Source: Cyanophora paradoxa CCMP329 (lineage: Eukaryota; Plantae; Glaucophyta). Taken from it: a DNA stretch of 64,000 nucleotides. Positions within the stretch are counted from its first letter, which is position 1, and each line of letters starts with the position of its first letter. Below the pieces are notes generated by a model. The model was not told where the DNA came from. It searched no databases and saw only the letters and a list, made by a program, of their open reading frames with translations. The stretch is taken from contig QPMI01000059.1 of the NCBI GenBank assembly GCA_004431415.1, forward strand, positions 248,001 through 312,000. Reading direction: 5' to 3'. Position numbers and translations under genes: made by a program. This document shows, in pieces, positions 59,201 through 64,000 of the stretch.

Positions 59201-62200
59201 CGGATAGATCGTAAGACAGATCGTAAGACTGAGCACTCTGCCGCCGTCCTTTCGAACCTACTGTATTGTTCTCTTACGCCGTACCCCCTTTGCAGGCCGC
59301 CTCTCCCCCCTCTCCACAGAGGTCCAGCGGCGCCTCTTCGTCACGGCCGTCCAGATCGGTCAGTAACAGCGACCTCGTACCCCCGCACCTTTTCCCCCGG
59401 GCTGACGCCCTCATTTCGGCTCCCGGCAGCCACATTTGCCTACATCGGTACGCTGGAGTTGGGCTGGGGCCCGCGGAGCTTCCTTTCCTGACGCCCGTAT
59501 CCCACCCAGCCATTGCGCGGACTTCGATGAACTTTCTCGACTGCGCCACTGTCGGAAACATGCGCGTACCCCTACCTCGCCCTTGCGCCCCCTTCCCCCC
59601 CCGCGCCTCGCTGACCTGCACCCAGGCGAGTCCTCCGCCGGTCCCCGGCTGTTTCCTGCACCGACGCCTCCTATCGTCGCTGGTACCCCCTTTCCTTTCC
59701 GCCCCCTCTTTTTGCGGTACCCCCAGTTCTCCTGATACTCTTCCCCCAGGCTCCCCCTCGCCTGGACGATGATCGCGGGCTACGTGATCGCCGTACCCCT
59801 TCTCGTCTTCCTCGCCGTCTTCCGCCTGGTTGTGCGCGTACCCCCCGCGCAGCTTCCCCCCCCCCCCTCCCGCTTCTCTCTCCTCCAGTTCGCCCACAGG
59901 CTTCCCCTGCAGAAGAAAAAGGGTACCAAAGAAATGTATGAAGGCGGCGCGACGCGCCTCACGTGGGGGGTACGTGTCTTCTCCCGCACACACTTCGTTC
60001 CCCCGAATCCTTTCGGTAACACAGTACCCCTCTCCCAGGTCCTGTACGCCTGCTACCGCCCCAGCTGGAAGTTCTACGAGGTGTTCTTCATGGCCCGAAG
60101 AATGTGCGCACCCCTGGAGCCTAAACGCCCTTTCCCATTCCACGCATCTCGCCGCCGACGCATCGTCATTCCCCCCTTCAGCGTACTCATCGCTATGGAC
60201 TCTGCGGTACCCCCTTTCCCTCTTACATTGCGCTTCGCCCTCGAGCTCATGTACCCCTAATGTGCAGTTCGGGAACGACGACAATGGGCGGGCGCTTGGG
60301 ATGTTCTTTGCATGTTCGCTGTGCGTACCCCGGCCCCGCCCTGGCCCCCGCCCCCGCCCCCGAGACCGAGCGTCCGGGCGTGGTACAGTTTCATCGCGGT
60401 CCACGAGGCGTGCCAGCCCTTCCTGAGCCGCCTCGACAACGCCATCGAGGTCTGTACCCTCCAGGCTTTTTTTCCTGCGCCTCTCGTCTTCGGGCCGTTT
60501 CCGAGCCCGCTGTACCCACCTCAGACGCTCTTCCTGCAAGTGCTCCTCCTCACGGCCGCCCTCGAGGCGAGTGTACAACCTGTCTCGTTTCGTGTACCCC
60601 TCCGTTGACATGACCCCAGATCGCCGCGACCGCCGCCTTCGTACCCCCAAGCTGTCCGTCCTGCGCTTCCTGTCTTGTATCGTGTACCCGTTCCTCTGCC
60701 CCTTACAGTCCCCGACAGATTCGATCCGGGGGATTCAGTACGGAATGAACGCACTCGCCCTCCTCGTCGGTTCGCGGACGTACCCTACCCCCCCGCCTCC
60801 ATCCCCCGGTATCCGATGGATCCCGTACCCCCAGGCCTGCTCCTCATCGTGCTGTTCTTCGCTCGCTACGTTCGGGCGTTGTACGGGCGTACGGGGGCCT
60901 TCAGCGTTCTCGCGCTCTTCCGGGGTACCCCGGCGACCGTGGGGTACGGCTCGGTGCCTCTTAGGTCCCCCGCCCGGGGCTCGGTGCCTCTTAGGTCCTC
61001 GGCCCGGGAGGAGGGCACCGACGCTTTCGAGCTCCGCCCCGCCGCGACGGTACCCCTCCCCTCCTGTACCCCTCCCCCCGCATTGCCCCGCCTTCACGGA
61101 ACTAAGATTGGCGGTCAGATTGCCGTCGGCCCGCGGGCGCCCACTCCGGATCGCGAGGCGGGATCGGATCGTGATGAGGGGGGGTACGCGGACCCCGAGG
61201 GGGCGGAGGATACCCGTCCCCCGGAGTCGGCGAGACCCTCGCTATTCGTGGACCCCGTCACGGGGGGTACGCGCTGGGAGCCGCGGGGCTCCGAGGAGGT
61301 GCCTGCCCTCTCCGCCTTTCCCGGTGCGCAGTACCCCCCTCGCCCTCCTCCTCCCCCCCCCTCTTGAGATCTGACTCCGCGGCAGAGCCGGCGCCGCTTC
61401 CAGTGTCCCGAAGGTCCAGCGGGGCCCCCCGGAGGCGGAGCGCGGGGGCAGAGCCCGCCGAAATCGACGCCGAGGGGCAGGGGCAGAGGCACGCCGCTCG
61501 CATAAAGTCGCCTCTATGTACCCCCGTTAACATCGAGCTCTCCTCCCTCTCTTTCATTTTCGTGCCCCTGTACCCCCGCTGACCCGGCTTGCAGGCGCCA
61601 CACCGTCTCGGGATTGGAGGAGGGCGCTCCTACCCCCACCCGGAGCCGATCTCTACCCCCCCAGACGCCGGCACTCAGCATCCAGGACCTGAGCGTCGGC
61701 GTACCCTCCAGGATGGGGCTCCGCCCCACGCCCAGAGGGGTACGGGATCAGCCCCACTTCCCCTTCTTCCGCTCCCTCTGGCAGGTGAGCGCGGTTGCCG
61801 CAGCACACACTCCGCCCCTCCCCATTCTCGCCCCTCCCCTCCCCCCTTCTCCGAGACTCCTCTACCCTTCTACCTTTTACCTTCTCTGAATTCTTTCCAC
61901 CTACCCCCCTCCCCCCCCCTTTCCGAGACTCCTCTACCCTTCTACCCATCCTGAACTCCTGTACCCCCAGATGCTGGAGCCGCAGCATCAGCTGGGACAA
62001 GCAGCCGCGTCCCTGGATCACTCGGCGTCCTCGCGGGCCCTGCTGCTGGGGGGCAGCGCCGCCTCGGAGTCCGGCTCAAACGAGGTGCTTATCATCTTTC
62101 TTTCTTTCTTTCTCTAAGATCGAGCTCCTGATTAACCTCGCGTCTTGTTCCTTTTAATCTTCTTTGAGGTCCAGCTCGTGGCTGACCTCGCATCTCGCTT

Positions 62201-62820
62201 CCTTGCGGCAGGAGGGCGAGTCTCCGCTCCTGAGGACGCGCGGGTCCCTCCCGGGCGCGGCCGCTGCCGCGGCCGGCGCTGCCGGGGCGAGCTCAAGCGC
62301 GGGCGCGAGCGCCGGCGCGAGCCGCCACGGGGCGGACGCCCCGCGTACCCCCGTCGTCTCCGGAACGCGAACCCCCTCGTACGGCCGCTTCCGAGTCTTC
62401 CCGGCGACCGATCCGGAATCGCCCCCGGGCCCCCGCCCGGCCTCCGCGGGGGGTACGGGCGCGCCCGCCGACGCCGGGGCACCCCTGGAGCCAAACCTGA
62501 GGATCAACCCCCGGGTCCCCACCGTCCTCGTACCCCTGCGGATCCCCTCCCTGGAGGACGTGGGCGACCCTTCGCCGCCCTCGGAGCCTGTACCCGGGCC
62601 CGCCGAAGGGGGGCCGGGGGGAGAAGGCGGCCTCACGAACCTGGCGAAGCCTGTAGCCCCCTATCGCCTCGGGCCCCTTGGGGGGGCGCCTCAGCCCCCG
62701 GCGCTCGCGCTGACCTCTGGCCCTGCGCCGCCGACGCCGACGGCGGCCGCGGGTTCGGGTCTCCAGGAAACCTTTTCGCTGACATACTGGTCCCGGGCTG
62801 GTGCCGGCGCCCCGCCGTAG
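50255..62820 (+). CDS. Very large receptor-like protein: signal peptide, Pmp-like GGA(I/V)/FxxN beta-helix repeats, Cys-rich region, ~7-9 TM domain, Pro-rich tail
   Basis: Signal-like SLIGLGLLAFLGTRAAA, GDTIKLAPGTY, and repeats FENCRS, GGAVYF, FRWNVAGAGGAV, FERNRAGSGG, NGGAIY. Then CLPCPPGASCPG, REGVLCGACKPGYS, GKLKSVVFFIQ, LYACYRPSWKFYEVFFMARR and QPFLSRLDNAIE. Confidence 0.8.
54891..54945. repeat. (CCT)n microsatellite, intronic
   Basis: About 18 consecutive CCT units, with a shorter echo near 55011-55034. Confidence 0.95.
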
Positions 62821-63535
62821 AAAGGCGAGAAAGACGCTGCAAGGTAGCTGCAATTAAATAATGCGGATTGCGTATAGACTGGTGTAGTTAAGTATGAGAT
62901 CAATTGCCGTGTACGTATTTGCGCACATCATGGCATGCACATGGTGCTGTCTGTTATGCTGCATTCGTATGCGTGTTTACTTTTCCCATGCAATTTCTCG
63001 CTTCAAGTAAACCCACATCTGATCTTTGCGCTGGACGTATACGTAGATCTAGACCCATCGTCGCCATCATTATATATCGCCGGTCGCGTGGGGCATCGCC
63101 GGTCGCGGAGGGCACGGGCCGGGGGGGTTGGCGCTGGCCTGGCGGGCCCGGCCCGGCCCTGGCCCCGGCCCGGGCGCCCGGCCCGCCCGCGGCCTGCCGC
63201 CGATTATGCATGCCATGATGATCAGCTCATGATCAGCGGCTCAGCGGCTGCAGCTGCCGCAGTGCAGAGGCCCGCGATCGCGAATCGCGATGTGAATTCG
63301 AAGGCAATTTTGCGGGGGACGCGAGGGGCTCGATCGTCACGATCTATCGATACTATGCATATGATACATCCGCATCTGCACGCGAGCGGATCTGGAACTC
63401 GCGATCGGCTAAGGGGGATACGGCTTTGCTTAAAAAAAGAATTTCGGTCGAAATCAAGAGCCCGCGTATATAAGTAGTACGTACCGGCGTTGACCGAGTT
63501 TCTTTGACGCCCTCGTCCTTCGAGGGCAGCGGATC

Positions 63536-64000
63536 ATGGCTTCCAACTTCGACGCGCGCGCGTGGCATCGGAACGCGCTCGAAGAGCGCGCCACCAAGCT
63601 TAAGTTCGAGGTGCGCATGCGCGCGCGCGCTCCGATCCGGTCATATGCGGCGGGGAATTCGAAGCACGCGTACGATCTCCGGTCATTTGAAGCAAAATGC
63701 GCAGAATGCGCCGGCGGCGGCCGCGGGGCACCTTCGCGTTGAATTCACCTACGTATACGACCATGCAGCGGGACTGGGCCCGTCGCGAAGCGAATCGGCT
63801 TCGTTCGGGCCACTGAAGTCGCTCGCCGGTCTGGACGAGATCTCGCTCGCCGATCTCAGTTTGGGGGTCGGGAAGGTCATCGAGAACGCTTATGTCGTCG
63901 GCTCGCTCGTGGAGCAGCCCTTCAAGGCCGTGTCGGTCAACAGCGTATTGGAGGACGACGTCGAAGTCGACGGAACAGCTGTGCGGATCTGTTTCTACAA
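63536..64000 (+). CDS. 5' part of a gene running off the window; resembles the N-terminal domain of TPR/SET-domain proteins
   Basis: MASNFDARAWHRNALEERATKLKFE|FEAKCAEC|..LDEISLADLSLGVGKVIENAYVVGSLVEQPFKAVSVNSVLEDD..VRICFY. The family call is from recalled motif similarity only. Confidence 0.55.

Overview
Nuclear DNA of a GC-rich, very intron-dense unicellular eukaryote (alga or protist). A MORN2-like gene and a Phe-led transit-peptide-like leader hint at a flagellated alga such as a glaucophyte, but this is low confidence. Most entries in the six-frame ORF track are GC artefacts. The real genes are split into many short exons by roughly 50-100 nt GT-AG and frequent GC-AG introns. About 15 genes can be assembled by eye: a TKL-type pseudokinase fused to a parallel beta-helix, a small acidic DKEL-ending protein, a LisH/SSDP-like regulator, a MORN2-like protein, a peroxisomal ABCD transporter, a hypothetical protein, a secreted Ser/Pro-stalk surface protein, a micro-exon-built G/Q/R/F/Y low-complexity protein, an APC amino-acid permease, an OTU protease, a permuted NlpC/P60 hydrolase, a TspO-like membrane protein, a giant beta-helix/Cys-rich/multi-TM receptor-like protein, and two partial genes at the window edges. 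The strongest finding is a young 599-bp miniature LTR retrotransposon at 25591-26189. It has identical 144-bp LTRs, a 4-bp TSD, a tRNA-Pro-type PBS and a PPT. Its LTRs carry a tRNA-type Pol III promoter, it has two extra internal T-loop/B-box modules and no TTT on its sense strand, and it interrupts an ORF. Also striking: long introns made of decayed 'echo' copies of the adjacent exon/splice junction in palindromic filler, alternating GTAC-rich and AGCT/CTAG/TTAA-rich domains, and a cluster of MITE-like relics. Exon boundaries were inferred by eye and are approximate.
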